64,000 bases of DNA, from positions 134,106,001 through 134,170,000 of the forward strand of contig NC_042997.1 of NCBI RefSeq assembly GCF_006345805.1. The letters run 5' to 3'. The notes beneath the pieces were generated by a model, which was given only the letters and a program-made list of their open reading frames with translations, searched no databases and was not told the DNA's origin. The position numbers and the translations under genes were made by a program. Origin of the DNA: Octopus sinensis (lineage: Eukaryota). Of the stretch, positions 25,382 through 41,946 are shown in pieces (position 1 is the stretch's first letter; each line of letters opens with the position of its first letter).

Positions 25382-26184
25382 TCTCACTGGTCTGTGTGTA
25401 TCCCGTGAACTAGTACCTGTTTGACAGATTTCTGCATGCGTCAGCAAATAAATTATTTGCTTATTCCTTATAAACAAGAATTCGCGCACTTGACATTTTT
25501 ATTGCCTAAGACAGTGGTTCCCAACCGATTTTTGTCCATGCCCCTCGAATCATTTCTAAAATTCTGATACTCCCTTGTGATATTAAATTTTGTTATTTAA
25601 AATTTGGTTAATGTAACAATATTATCCGGAAAGAAAAATAGTGCAACGGATGTAAAATAAAAATGTATAAGAAACGAATATGAAAGAAAAAATGCGCGGA
25701 AAGCAACGGGTCAGGGAGGACTTCGGAAAATTCACAAGATCCGAGTTTTTCCCTCATAACTTTTAGGAAAATATTTCGTTTTTGGATTTGGTTTGCAAGA
25801 TTCTTTATATGAGTTCGTGTGTTGAAGCATATTCTGCTGTGTCTGGGGAGAGTCATTTTCTTTTTGTGCCTTATAATGTAACACACTCACCGGTAAAATT
25901 TCCACTTTTTTCTTATTTTTATTTTCAACCGGCATGGATTACGATTATAAAGAAATTTGTGGGAAAATCTTTTCCGAGGTGTGAAATTCACCTAAGGTTT
26001 GGTCCCTGTGCTGCCGTCCTCTGCGAAAATCATGCTTGTATCACATCAAAACACTAAGACAGAACTATTTCACCTCAACTGGCCCCCTTTCTTTAATATC
26101 ATGTCAAGACATGTAAGAGAACATTTCATAACATTAAAACGGTTCCTGGATCAATATTTTTCCTTTATTATTTCATCTGTCTTT

Positions 26185-26335
26185 ACGTTCTGAGTTCAAA
26201 TTCCGCCGAGGTCGACTTTACCTTTCACCCTTTCGGGGTCGATAAATCAAATACCAGTTGCGCGTACTGGGCTCGATCTAATCGACTGGCACCTTCCCCA
26301 AAATTTCGGGCCTTGTGCCAAGAGCAGAAAAAAAT
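26185..26335 (+). mobile_element. 5'-truncated SINE (family A core, different tail)
   Basis: ttacgttctgagttcaaattccgccgaggtcgac...ggggtcgataaatc. Confidence 0.7.
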
Positions 26336-27184
26336 ATTGTCTCCTTTATTAGTTTGGGCTTCAGAGCTGCGATCATGCTAGGTCACTGCCATTAGCTTTG
26401 CTAAATTTTCACAACTTGAAACCTTCTTTGATATGTGGAATTTGGTGAATAAGGGAGTTTGATGGTGGTGAATTTGTTACGTTTCTTGCTGCCTGGCAAG
26501 TTCGTCCAGAACTCTTGACAGGAGATCCAGTTGACTTATGAAGACACCTATATCCACTCCCATGTCGGTCTCTCGGGCATTTTGGAAGGATACTGAGGAG
26601 CTGTGGGCCCTTGAAAGACAAGTTACTGTAGTGTCTGGTTCTGTTTCCTGACGGCGATGATGAGAGTTTGGCACGATACAGTGATTCCCCGTTCTGTTGT
26701 TTGTGTAACTTTCACTGCCAAAGTATGGTACAGTCATTCTAACATTTTCGAAATGTATGTCATTGAATACCTTTCCCGCCTACGTTCTTGTGAGTAAAGC
26801 CTTAACTTTTTTAATCTCTCCTAGTTCTTAACACATCGCATTTCGACTATCTTCTTTGTGTAGTTTCGCTGGATCACTTCTAGTTCCGCCGTTAATATTA
26901 CACTGTGTAGTGGCCATAGTTGAGAGAGTAGTCTACACAGCCGAGGACAAATATCTCCAACAAATTTCAGATAAACCACATATTTCTGCAAATAAATCTT
27001 TACTCGAAGGGGCTATGATGCCAAAAGAATGACTGTAATATGAAACATCATTACACTTCTATTCCTGATGGTGCTATTAAGTTAGTCATAGCGACGGCCA
27101 ATCCTGGCTGGAACTTATCTAAGTATCCGAGTGTATGTGTGTCACATATATGTATGTATATTCATAAATGGATTTTTCTGATAA

Positions 27185-27366
27185 TTCTAACTGGGTCCCA
27201 CCTGCAAGGACATGCGCTGTTTATCTTGATATGAGATCATCATGTCGTGCACTTATGGTTGTGATGCATGGGCTTGGTGTACCCTTATCAGGCCGGTAGT
27301 CATAATGGGTATATTGGGCTTCGTATATTTTACCCCAGTGTCACTTTGATGGCATGCACTGCTTTC
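27185..27366 (+). mobile_element. Non-coding retroposon ending in (AAT)n
   Basis: Same 3' end (..gtgtcactttgatggcatg.actgct.tctcactc + (aat)n) at 36020-36445 and 36520-36665. Confidence 0.65.
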
Positions 27367-27372
27367 TCACTC

Positions 27373-27439
<67 letters not shown>

Positions 27440-28434
27440 GTAATAATGATGATAATAATAATAATAATAATAGTAATAATAATGTTATATCGCACGTTCG
27501 AATGACCTCCATATCTCTTTATTATAGGCATATACCCTGAAAACATAGAATGGGCATTACAAGTGCATACAACACATAATTTAGGGTACATATAATGATT
27601 TATGAATATGAAATGAGATATTTGTAATGGAGAAATGGAATGGCTTACGAGCCCCCCCCCCAAAAAAAAAGCTCGCAGTTTCATTTTACAGTTCTTTTAT
27701 ACAGTTTGTAATCAGTTTTGTTTATCCATCTGTTATATGTTCTGTTATGTCCTCCAGCCCAATCACGTTGGCCAAATTTTCATAACGAACATATATATGC
27801 TTTAATCATGTCTTTGAATGTCTCTATTAGTTCTTCCATCCTCTCCACTTCCACCAACACTGCTCCATTGCTTGGTTCAAACATATCCTGTTCCAATTTT
27901 ATTCATATCAAACCTTTTGTTTTGGTTAACCTTTTCTCTATTTCCATATTCTTATCGTAGAATATCAACGTTCTTAAATTCTGTCCCGAAGGTCGTCCTG
28001 TTCGCTTTACATAATCTAATCTTTTTGCTACTCTCCTCCTCCATTCATCAATTTTCGCTTTTCTAGCTTTATTTCCTTCATTCATTGTTATTGTCTTCGG
28101 TTCCTGAGTTCGAATCTCTGTACTTTCTTTTTCACTTACTGTTGTCTTTTTTCTTCTTTACCTGCTTTTCTTTTCTTAGGGCTTTTTGGTGGTGACCCCA
28201 CCCTCGTTCTCTTTCTTTCTACCGTTATTTCCTCTTCCGTTTTCTCTTCCTGTTTTTCTTCCTCTTTTTTTTCTTCCTCCTCTCTCGCTGCGTCGCTGCA
28301 CATTTCCATCTCTTCCACCTGCAATTCTCTTAGGGGACACTTTGCTTGCATAAGTCCCCTACTTTTACATTCGTAACATATTGGTGGTCTCCACTACTAC
28401 TACTACTACTACTACAACTACTACTACTACTACT

Positions 28435-28480
<46 letters not shown>

Positions 28481-28488
28481 ATAATAAC

Positions 28489-28531
<43 letters not shown>

Positions 28532-28534
28532 TTA

Positions 28535-29470
28535 TACCAAAGGCATACACAGATTGTCTTTACCAACCCAACGCTTGAAATCGCCTACAAAACTACACAA
28601 TTGGATTGGCAAAATATCTTGAAACATCTAATGACTGAATGCTAAAGCTCGCTGAAAACCATGAAAAACGTAAGAAGTTTCATCCTGTAATGAAAGATAG
28701 CAAAACATTTTCGAGTGAGCTTATGCATAATGCCTAGATTGAACAGCATGATGGAAGTGCGGCAACTGTAGTTGTAAATAAGGTAAAATCAATAGCAAAG
28801 CAAAAATGCGTTTGAACAACTGGCTGATAGTTGAGAACAGAAACCACAACTTGGCAAATACATGGTCCATAAGAAACAAACTGATGTAGCCCAGAAGCAC
28901 ACTCATCAGAGGCTATGGAGCTCAGGGCTAAAGACAGAGTGTGAAGGCTTTATCTTGGCTGCCCAAAATCAGTGTTTATTGACCTAGAACTATCAAGCTA
29001 ATGTGATGAAAAATGGCATAGACCCAAAATGCCGATACTGCAACGATGGGATTGAAACACTTGATCACCTATTCTCTGGGTGTAAGGTTTTAGTACCTGT
29101 AGAGTACAAATCAAGACATGACAGATTTGGCCATTATCTACATTAGATAATGTGTCAGCATTATAAATCGTAAAATCAAAACTCCTGGCAAATGGTACAA
29201 GCACCACCACGAGGTTGTAACTGAGGAAGAATATGAAACGATTCTTTTGGGACTTCCTAGTATGTACAGACCAGACATCCAAAGCAGATAAACCAGATAT
29301 TGTTGTGAAAGACCAAAGCAATAAAATCTGTTTATTGATTGACATGGAGCATAGCCTTTGACCATAATATCTCGACAAAAGAATTTGATAAGCTCAGAAG
29401 TTATAAAGATTTGCTAATCGAAATCGAAAAGATGTGGCACCTGAAAATGGTTACAATACCAGTGATTGTA
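28535..29470 (+). mobile_element. R4/Dong-clade non-LTR retrotransposon, 3' fragment
   Basis: LRAKTEC.GFILAAQ, CRYC..IETLDHL, KPDIVVKD..CLLID; preceded by (AAT)n. Confidence 0.75.
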
Positions 29471-29635
29471 AGAGAAAAAAAGGAACTGTAAATTATTGAA
29501 GAACTAGCAAAGGCACCCGACATTGCCCGGGAATGAAATTGTTCCTTATATATTGGAAGAAAAAAGCAAACTATTCTGTATAAAAATTTGTTATTCTAGA
29601 TTGAATTTATTCTTCAATTGGGAAATCAATTCTGA

Positions 29636-29684
<49 letters not shown>

Positions 29685-29708
29685 TAATAATAATAATAAT
29701 AGTAATAA

Positions 29709-32236
<2,528 letters not shown>

Positions 32237-32344
32237 GAAGAAGAAGAAGAAGATGAAGAAGAAGAAGAAGAAGAAGAAGGAGGAGAAGAAGAAGAAGAAG
32301 AAGAAGAAGAAGAAGAAGAAGAAGAAGAAGAAATAAGAAATAAG

Positions 32345-33480
32345 AAATAAGAAATAAAAAATCTTATATGCACAGAGTTGTCATGGAAGACGTTTAAGTT
32401 CATGTTCTTTCACAAATGCAACCAAGCCTGTGATGTCATAATTTATTTCTCTTGCAATGTCACTTGAAGTTAAATCACTAATTTGACGGTATGTTTTGGC
32501 AGTCCAAAGCCAGACTCTTGCAAATTTTTTACCTCTCTTGGCTAAAACGTGATCTTCAATTTCAATCAGTTCTTGGTTAAAAATTATTTCAGAGAACTGA
32601 ATATTGATATCTGGGTTTGTCTGTTGAACTGCATACTCTAAATCCTCAGCCACATCTTCATGATGTTTCATCCAAAGCTGTAGGAGACTGCCAAGTTGAC
32701 ACATGTTCAGAATAATTGCTAAACGATTACGGAGTTTCCTTGGAGAATCTGATACTGATGCATCAATCAATGCAAGGTCCCAATGTTCATCATTTTCTTA
32801 AAAAGAAAAACCTTGTTTGATAGCATGCTTTCCTATAAGTTTCACACTTATGACCATCTACCCTCCTCGAATCTTGGAATGATTTGGTACCAAGTATTTC
32901 ATGGAAATGGAAGCGTAAGTAGTAACATTCTGCTTGGCTTGTAGGGTTGGGGGCACTGTAAACACTTTAAGAACATCAGCTTCTCATTTCCTCTTGTGCC
33001 ACTTATTGTTTCTCCAAGTGTAATACTTGGGCAATTGTGGGTAAAGGAGTTTTCTTGCATCTTCATTTACTTGATACAGCTTTAAAAAGGCAGTAAAAGT
33101 AGTTTCTTTTGAAGAAAGTGCTTGTTGCAAGGTTTGTTTGTTTTGTAAAGATAACCCTGTGGTCATTCTCTAGATGGACGCTCAGATGAATGATGGCTGG
33201 GTACCTGCGCCAAAAAGCCTCATTGGTACGAATGTATCTTCCTCTGTCATACTGTGCATCTTCGTCATTTTTATTTATCTGCTGACTGCCATTCTGCATA
33301 AGAGTGTATGTTACAGCATCTAAACCTTTGTTTATATATTTGCAAACACACTTGGTTGTTGCAGAATCCGACATTGACTCTGGGTACCTGTACTCATTTT
33401 TGCTTCATTGTAGAATACTGATCATCTACTTCTACCCCGACTCTTTTGTAGAGTGAGAACATTGTTCTCGGAAACTTTTA
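32345..33480 (-). mobile_element. Helitron RepHel transposase fragment
   Basis: KYINKG, GRYI..EAFWR, IHLSVHLEN, TTFTAFL..ARKLLYPQLPKYYTW, PRKLRNRLAIIL. Confidence 0.85.
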
Positions 33481-33605
33481 CGAAAATTAAAACGGAGGTA
33501 AAATGAAAAAATGGGTTACAAGAGTAATTGAAATAAATGGCGATTGTGGAACGCCCCGCGCACTCTCACGCACACACACAATATCACGCATTAGATGAAA
33601 TAGAG

Positions 33606-33652
<47 letters not shown>

Positions 33653-33956
33653 GGTGTGCTGTCATGTATACGTATATACATAATTATGCATACATCATTG
33701 TGTGCATGTGTGTGTGAGAGAGAGAGGGGAGAGAAAGAGAGAGTGAATGCCACTTAGATATCGCTTTCTACTCTGTCTCTCACACGCACTACCCACACAT
33801 ACATACAAAAACGATGTATGCATATGTAGTAATATATGTACATATACATGACAACACACACCTTGACTCACTCTCTCTCTGACAAACATACACACATACA
33901 TAAATGTATACAAACGTACTTACAAAAACACGTGTGCGTGTCTGGCTGACTTGTGC

Positions 33957-33990
<34 letters not shown>

Positions 33991-34745
33991 AGAGGGAGAG
34001 AGAGAGAGAGGGTGAGAGAGAATATTGCGAACAATGAATGAAATAAACATGAAATGAAAAAAAGTTATATAAATAAAAAGCTCTTGTACGGAATGTTTAA
34101 ATTTGAGAACTTAGTAAATATTTCATTCATTAATTTATCGTAGTTGTTTGCTAATAGTGAATTAAAACTTGAAATGAAGACGTCAAAATAGAGAGTGAAG
34201 CTTTTTGCCGTTGCTATGTCAATACTGGAAGTTGACATTGAGAAACCTTTTTAAAGAAGTGAATCATATATGTGAAGCAATATTATTTATTTTTAATAAC
34301 AAAATCAAATGAAGAGCCTAACATGTGTCCGAGGTCAAATTATTCATACATCACAAGTACGGAAGCAATTGGCGAAGCCGTTTTGCGTGAAAAGCGAATA
34401 CGCACACATCTCTATTTATATATTAGGCAACCCCTGGCTTACTATCCATGCAGGAAGTGCAAAAGCTTGTCTCAGTTGGTACGTCACACGTACTGAGAAG
34501 AGCATTGTCGCTGTAAATTTCATTTCCTTTTCTCCTTTTTATTTTCTTTGCTCACATTTTAATTTTGTACGTTTTACTTTTTCTCTCTATCTTTTTTACT
34601 CTTTTTCTCTATCACTTGACTTTGTAAATGAACAATCTGGTGTGTTTATTTTAATGGCCTAACAATGTATACAGTGAATTTCTCTGCCATAGGTATCTGG
34701 AAGACACTCGGCAAGAAATAGAAGCATTATTGAAGGATGATGATG

Positions 34746-34805
<60 letters not shown>

Positions 34806-34810
34806 GTAAT

Positions 34811-35651
34811 GGTAAATACTGGACTAAACTAAACGCAAAAGAAATAGACAAAGAAAAATCCCAGCAATGGTTGAGAAGCTCAGGACTCAAAGCAGAAACA
34901 GAGGGATTTTTAATTGCAGCACAAGACCAAAGCCTCCCCACCAGAAATTACCAAAAACATGTAATGAAAAGAAATATTACAAGTAACTGCAGAATATGTG
35001 GAGATGGACAAGAAACAATAAATCATATTATCTCTAGCTGCCCAGTCCTGGCTAAGAAGGAATATATTCACAGACATGACAGAGTTGGAACCTACATACA
35101 TTGGAAGCTATGCCAACATTATGGAATAACAACAGAAAAAAGATGGTATAGGCACACACCAGAAAAGGTCACAGAAAACGAGAAAGCAACCATACTCTGG
35201 GATATGCCGATACACACAGATAGAGAAATTAAGGCCAACAGACCAGATATAGTTGTCAGAGATCATGAAGAAAAAAAATGCTTTCTAATTGATGCATCAA
35301 TACCGGCTGATGACAACGTGTCTCTAAAAGAAATGGAGAAACTCTCAAAATACAAAGACCTGAAAATAGAGGTAACTAGAATGTGGAATCTGAAAACAGA
35401 AACAATTCCTATCATAGTAGGTGCATTAGGCATGATAAAAAAATATTCAGACAAATACATAACAAAAACACCAGGACTTACAAACACATATAACATACAG
35501 AAAATTGCACTACTAGGCACTGCACACATCCTACGCAGAGCACCTTCCATACAATAACCATCAGAGCATCACAACAAATCACAGCACATACCCAAGGCAC
35601 ACAGAGCTGCGCTCGGTAGTGAACTGAAAGCACGCTATAAAAATAAAACTA

Positions 35652-35654
<3 letters not shown>
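34811..35654 (+). mobile_element. R4/Dong-clade element, 5'-truncated, intact RLE ORF portion
   Basis: LKAETEGFLIAAQDQ, CRICG..ETINHIISSC, RHDRV, ANRPDIVV, EKLSKYKDL; (TAA)n on both sides. Confidence 0.9.
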
Positions 35655-35712
<58 letters not shown>

Positions 35713-35716
<4 letters not shown>

Positions 35717-36003
35717 CCTAGCTCAGATACCAGGAAACCCCAAAATGGCAGAAATTCAAAAGTTAGTGCTCATGGGAACTGCTCATATCCTACGCAAAAT
35801 TCTTTCTATGTAACCTCAAGTTTTAAAACAAATATAATTTTCTTATGGCTTCTTAAACATTCTCTAGAACAACATTATGTACAAAACCTAAAATATGGCA
35901 CCCTAGGCATAACACCAACATGAACTTCCAACTTGTTGTCTCTCGAGGTCTCTGGGTGAGACTTGGAGCCAGCTTGTACAAATGTAAAGCAAAAGTCAAA
36001 CAT
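35713..36003 (+). mobile_element. R4/Dong 3' end (same subfamily as 31790-32075)
   Basis: Near-duplicate of the 31790-32075 end; sits in (TAA)n. Confidence 0.8.
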
Positions 36004-36019
36004 GAAATAATAATAATAA

Positions 36020-36460
36020 TAAATAGATTCTGATCTTAACTGATTGGAAGTGTTATCATGTACATTGTCTTGTCATTAACCTTAACCAGTTGAGCATGTC
36101 CCTCAGTGACTGACAATATGTGCATATCTGATCACGAGCAGAAGTAGTGGGGAAGCATCATAGCCATGGGTTTAGAGGAATTCTTTAGGGTTTTAATAAT
36201 TCATCTCTGGAAACAACCCTTGTTCAGGGACCTTTTGAGCTGGATGGGCTACTCAAACTGAAGAAAATTCAAATTGGGTCCCACCTGTAAGATCATGATA
36301 TGAGATCACCATGTCGCGCACATATGGTTGAAATGCATGTGCCTGATGTACCCTTATCAGACGAGTAGTCATTATGGGCATACTGGGCTTCGTATATTTT
36401 ATCCCAGTGTCACTTTGATGGCATGAACTGCTCTCTCACTCAATAGTAATAATAATAATG

Positions 36461-36523
<63 letters not shown>

Positions 36524-36664
36524 GAGATCACCATGTCGTGCACATATGGTTGTGATGCATGTGCCTGGTGTACCCTTATCAGACGGGTAGTCATGATGGG
36601 TATATTGGGCTTCGTATATTTTACCCCGGTGTCACTCTGATGGCATGAACTGCTCTCTCACTCA

Positions 36665-36665
<1 letters not shown>
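36020..36665 (+). mobile_element. Two copies of the (AAT)n-tailed retroposon (second 5'-truncated)
   Basis: See 27185-27366; each copy ends in (AAT)n. Confidence 0.65.
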
Positions 36666-36719
<54 letters not shown>

Positions 36720-37607
36720 TAATAATAATAATGATAATAATGATAATAATAATAATAATAATGATAAGAAGAAGAAGAAGATGAAGAAGAAGAAGAAGAA
36801 GGAGGAGGAGGAGGAGGAGGAGGAGGAGGAGGAAGAGGAGTGAGAAGATGTTGATGGTAATGACTTTGGCACTAGGTCAGCAATTTTGAGGGTAAAGTGT
36901 TAGTCGATATCGTCAATTACAGTTTTTGAATGGTACTTTATTTTATCGATTCTAGAGTAATAAAAAAAAAGGTATTCGACGGAATTTGAACCTTGAACGT
37001 TAAGAGCCGAAACAGATATTACTTTAGCGAACGTTCTAGATAATGGTGTCTGGTGTTTAGATGATAGCTTGACCTCTGCTAGATTTAATTTCGGGACGTG
37101 AAGGGCTGAAACAAATACTACTTTAACGGTACTGACGAATATCAAAGAGGCATAATGCATTATATGACTGGAAGGCAGAGAACTTACAATTAAATTGACT
37201 CCGGTACCTGTCGGGCACGTCAGAGCTAATTAACTCTTGAAGGATGGGGATTAAATATGCCATCGACCAAATTTCAACACAGAATGTAAAGAGTCCTAAC
37301 CAAATATTACAAGACATTTATTCCGGCATTTTACCGATGCCGAGTAATAATGATAATCAAACGGAATGTCACTGGCTACGTAGTTTTAGCCAGAAAAAAA
37401 TCTCTACATCTCAACCTCCTAAAACTATTTGTAGCTATTCAAAAACAAAGTACTACAGATGAAATAATTATATGGTAATAAATTACTATGTCCACTTCAA
37501 AGCCACTTATATGGAAGCTATTTATAAATGCATCCCGATCCAAAAATAGTTTCTTTGTCCCACTTTACCGTATTATGAGAAATGAGGACATTAGAGACTT
37601 TCTTAAA

Positions 37608-39107
37608 CTGGAATGTATACCAGCAGTATGAAAACCGGTGCTTTAGACACACATCAGAAACTGCTTCGAAGCATCTCTACTCTGAGATATGGCAATCTAC
37701 AAAGAGAACGAGGGTAATACACCAGAAAAGAAAGTGCTTCCTAAAGGAAGTATCAATCTCAACAGATGATGATGTATTGCTCAAAGAAATTGCGAAATTA
37801 TTCATATCCTTAAATCCTTAAAAATGTTTCAGCCCGAAAGCTGCGGCCATGCTGGGGCACCACCGTTGAATGAGCTACACTAGTATGTGAAACCATATAC
37901 AAAGATTGGGAAATAGTAAAAAAAAACCAAATAACCTGAATGCTGTTTTTGAAAATAGAAACAACTCTTACCATAGCTGGTACCTTGGAAATGATCAAAA
38001 GTAGGCAGAAAACTGCTGAACTAAACTTTCAGGACTTATACATATGCGCAACATGCAGAAAGTAGCACTAAATATATTGCATGATATGTTGCCTAGAGTA
38101 TTTTCAATACAAGAAGCAGAACAAAACATTATTCATATCTATGGCATAAAGGGATTCACTGGGTAGTGCAATGACAGTGAGTAATAAAGAATAAAATACA
38201 TTATTGTTATATAACTGGTGTTAGTTTGTATAAATATCCGCTATCTTTTACAAACTTGGAAGATATCCCTATGCCTCCCTATAAACATGCAGTGTTTCAT
38301 TTACTGAGTACAAATGTGTTAATTATAGCATGCTAAATTATACAATATTGTACAATAAGCTACTTGTATATATTTAACATATACTTAAGCATTCTGAGAA
38401 ATAGGAAATCCTTGTGAAAAGAGCAACAAATAAGCGGTGTAATGTTTGTCGGTCACAAATGCTCCCACTAGCCCATTTACTTATAGTGATATTTTTGTAT
38501 CGGCCTAATTTTCAATTAAACAAGGAAATATACGTCAGCTTTGAGCATGATTATCATGACTAATATAAATTTTGGAATGCTTATGATCAGTCAATCATAT
38601 ATGTTTACATTAAAAAAAATCGCGTTATTATACATTATAATCTCATAAAATTAATTTTCTCGTATATTTTCATTGGTTTCATTCACTATGTGGCATACCT
38701 ATTTCTTTATTATCCACAAGGGGCTAAACATAGAGGGGACAAACAAGGACAGACATAGGTATTAAGTCGATTACATCGACCCCAGTGCGTAACTGCTACT
38801 TAATTTATCGACCCCGAAAGGATGAAAGGCAAAGTCGACCTCGGCGGAATTTGAACTCAAAACGTAACAGCAGACGAAATACGGCTACGCATTTCGCCCG
38901 GCGTGCTAACGTTTCTGCCAGCTCGCCGCCTTTCGTAAGCTGGAATTTATACCAGCAGTATGAAAACCGGTGCTTTAGACACACACCAGAAACTGCTTCG
39001 AAGCATCTCTACTCTGAGACATGGCAATCTACACAAAGAGAACGAGGGTAATACACCGGAAAAGAAAGTGCTTCCTAAAGGAAGTATCAATCTCAACAGA
39101 TGATGAT
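37608..39107 (+). repeat. Direct duplication of a 166/168-nt degenerate R4/Dong RLE fragment (37608-37773, 38940-39107)
   Basis: Only a few differences by eye; peptide-like ..RHTPET..DMAIY..KCFLKEVSISTDD. Confidence 0.8.
38697..38930 (-). mobile_element. tRNA-SINE family A monomer
   Basis: Full head and AATAAA-containing tail. Confidence 0.85.
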
Positions 39108-39206
39108 TGGTGGCGTACCATCTTCCCTATTACATCGATTCTGTTACTTATTTTCTATGACGCTATGTACGTGTATATGAAATGGACGTGTGTGTGTTTG
39201 TAAGAG

Positions 39207-39261
<55 letters not shown>

Positions 39262-41559
39262 AAGAGTGTGTGTGTGAGAGGTGCGTTCAAGTTCCTGGAA
39301 CTCACATCTATAACTTTTTAAGTATTTACTCTTGTTTTAGAATGAAAGACAGAAGAAAAGGAAAGATTTATGTATATGCAAATTAAATGGACGTGTGTGC
39401 GTGAGAAGGTGAGTGAAATGTGTGTATAAATATTTGTTCTCTAACCGATAAATTAACTGCTGCTAACTATTAGCTGCAGGCTAGTTTTCTCGGGTCTCAT
39501 CGCGCCAAAAGTAGTGGCATTTGAAATATATATTTCAAATGTAATAGGCCGGACTCCATGCACGCGATATTTTGGTGTGGTGTTGGCATTTAGTCCAGCA
39601 AATTACATTTTATATGGGACCATGCTGATGATGCTGCACTTTTCCTTGCGGAAAATAACAACTGAAACTAAATTTAGTACATGGGTAAATATTTATTTCG
39701 TATATTTTTCACTTGTATATTACTTTGGTTTTGTTGAGTTTGATCTGAGAACATAAACTTTTTGTGGAGAATGGCGATTTGACGTCTATATCTAGCATGT
39801 TGACTGTCCACTTTTCGTGTGCAGTCTTTAATTGGTATATATAAATATTTTAATCTTCGGATTCTTTTTAGAATTGATAAATATCAATTTTTACCCTAAA
39901 TTTAATTTTATAAAATTATATATATATATATATATATATAATGGCGGTGCCCCAGCATGGCCACACCTCGTGAGCTGAAACTAGATGAAAAGGAAAATGA
40001 AAAAGATATATATTGGCTGGCTTCCCGCATGCGTAGAATTCTACTGAAATACTAAACTTAAAGAATACCAGACCACTGCCAGAAAGCCCGGCATGCTAGA
40101 AACAGCAGGTAAACGACATCATTTCTGAAGAAACTCCCCCGTTTTCCAAAAAGCTAAAAATAAAACATTGGGAGTGTGTAGCTTTTTGAAAGTAGTGAGG
40201 TGATGGGTAAAATTCTTAAAGATTCGTACTCTGTTTTCTTTTTTCTCCATGGATTACAAAAAAAAAAAAATTGAAAAAAGTAAAATATGTGTTTGGTGTG
40301 GAGAGGGAAAAAATTAAAATATTGAGAACGTATTTTGTGGGTGAAATCCTAATCTCCTATATCGCAAACATAAAAATCGGAATAAATTTAAGGAAAAGAA
40401 TAAGGGCGGGGAAGGAAATGTCACCTCGGACATACTAGAAAGAAGCGAAAAAGGACAGGATTTCTGAGAAAACTTCCTTTTGAGTGTATATCATCAAACA
40501 CACAAATTGCACAATAGAAAAAGACAATTTCAGTTGGACTTGAGCTGTAAATTTGCGCGTGCACACTGTAAGAAATAACACAATTCACACAGAAGTTTTA
40601 CCTAAAGTGTGTGCATGTGTGTCAAAGGAAGTTATTTTATGGCTTTCTTTCGTTAGAAGAAGTAAAGTTGTCAACTCGACATATACGTGATCATAAGATT
40701 GTTGGTTAATTTCCGTAAAATTGTTTTAATTTCTGTGTGCTTTCAAGAAAGCAGAAGCTGAAAGAGAAGATAAAGTGAAAAGGCGACATTTGCTTTGAAG
40801 TGAGAGGAGAAAGTAAAAGAGAGGAGAAAGTGTATATGAAATGGACGTGTGTGTGTGTGTGAGATAGATAGATGTATACACATACATAGCGGAGGTAAAG
40901 AATATGCATACCACCCATTTTCGGCGTAACTCTAAACCTAACCCTAACACCTAACACCGAGAGTGCACATTCTCTACCTTCGCCCATAAATACATATGCA
41001 TACATCTTTTGTGTGTGTGTGTGTGTGTGAGAAAGAGTGAGTGTGAGAGAGAGTGAGAGAGAGAGGGAGAGAGAGAGAGAGGGAGGGTGTGTGTGACTGT
41101 ATTTCCTCATAACATATAGAGAAATGGATGTCTTTTAATGAAATTTTTTGGGTTGTAGCTTATTTTAATACAATATTTATGTGTACATTTTCATAACTGT
41201 TTGTTTGAGTAGAATTCTACACATGTGTGAACATTGGACGAAAGTGAAACAATGGAAGCAAATCGAAATATTGTCCAAATATGACCTCAAAATTGTGCGA
41301 CCCGACCTAATTACGAAGGTTATTTTAGTTATAAAAAAGAGTTGAGTCCAAAACAGTTTGTTTGGTAGATAGATAATAAGCAGCTTTCTTTATTATAATA
41401 CAGATGTGACTAATTCGGAGAAACATTACTTTCATTATTCACACATCGTAATTCTCGTAATACAACACTTCAAAATTTTCATTCAAATTGAAAGTGAGAA
41501 ATTATTTTCATTTTCTAACGAAACCTGGTCGTTGTAGAGAAGTCTAGTTGAAATAACTA

Positions 41560-41888
41560 TAGCTGGTTTTTGAGATAACGTAGAAAATATGTGAATGAAA
41601 ATAAAGTTTATTTGACATGTGTAATTCCTTTGATTGTTCTAGTCTTAACATCAGTTAACAGAAGTCATTTGAGGACAACTTTTAGTTTGAGGACACCTTT
41701 TAGTTTAGATGATACCCATCTTGTCCATTCCACAGAGTAAGAGTATATTGGAGAGCATGATAAGAGGGATGAGTCTGAAAAATACGTTTAAGTTTATCTC
41801 GAACACGAATCATAATATCATGATTTTCATGGGGATCACCAACCATAAGGATGGCGACTTCATTAGATGTGGGCTCATTAAAACGTAG

Positions 41889-41890
<2 letters not shown>
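41560..41890 (-). mobile_element. Helitron Rep-region fragment
   Basis: RFNEPTSNEVAILMVGD..HPSYHALQY..GQDGYH. Confidence 0.8.

Positions 41891-41946
<56 letters not shown>

Noticed and set aside
27700-28351. Charged minus-strand ORFs (EEEEKKEEEK..RKRTRVGSPPKSPKKRK)
   Set aside because: Fragmented, with no recognisable domain or splice support; probably a retroelement ORF remnant that I could not classify.
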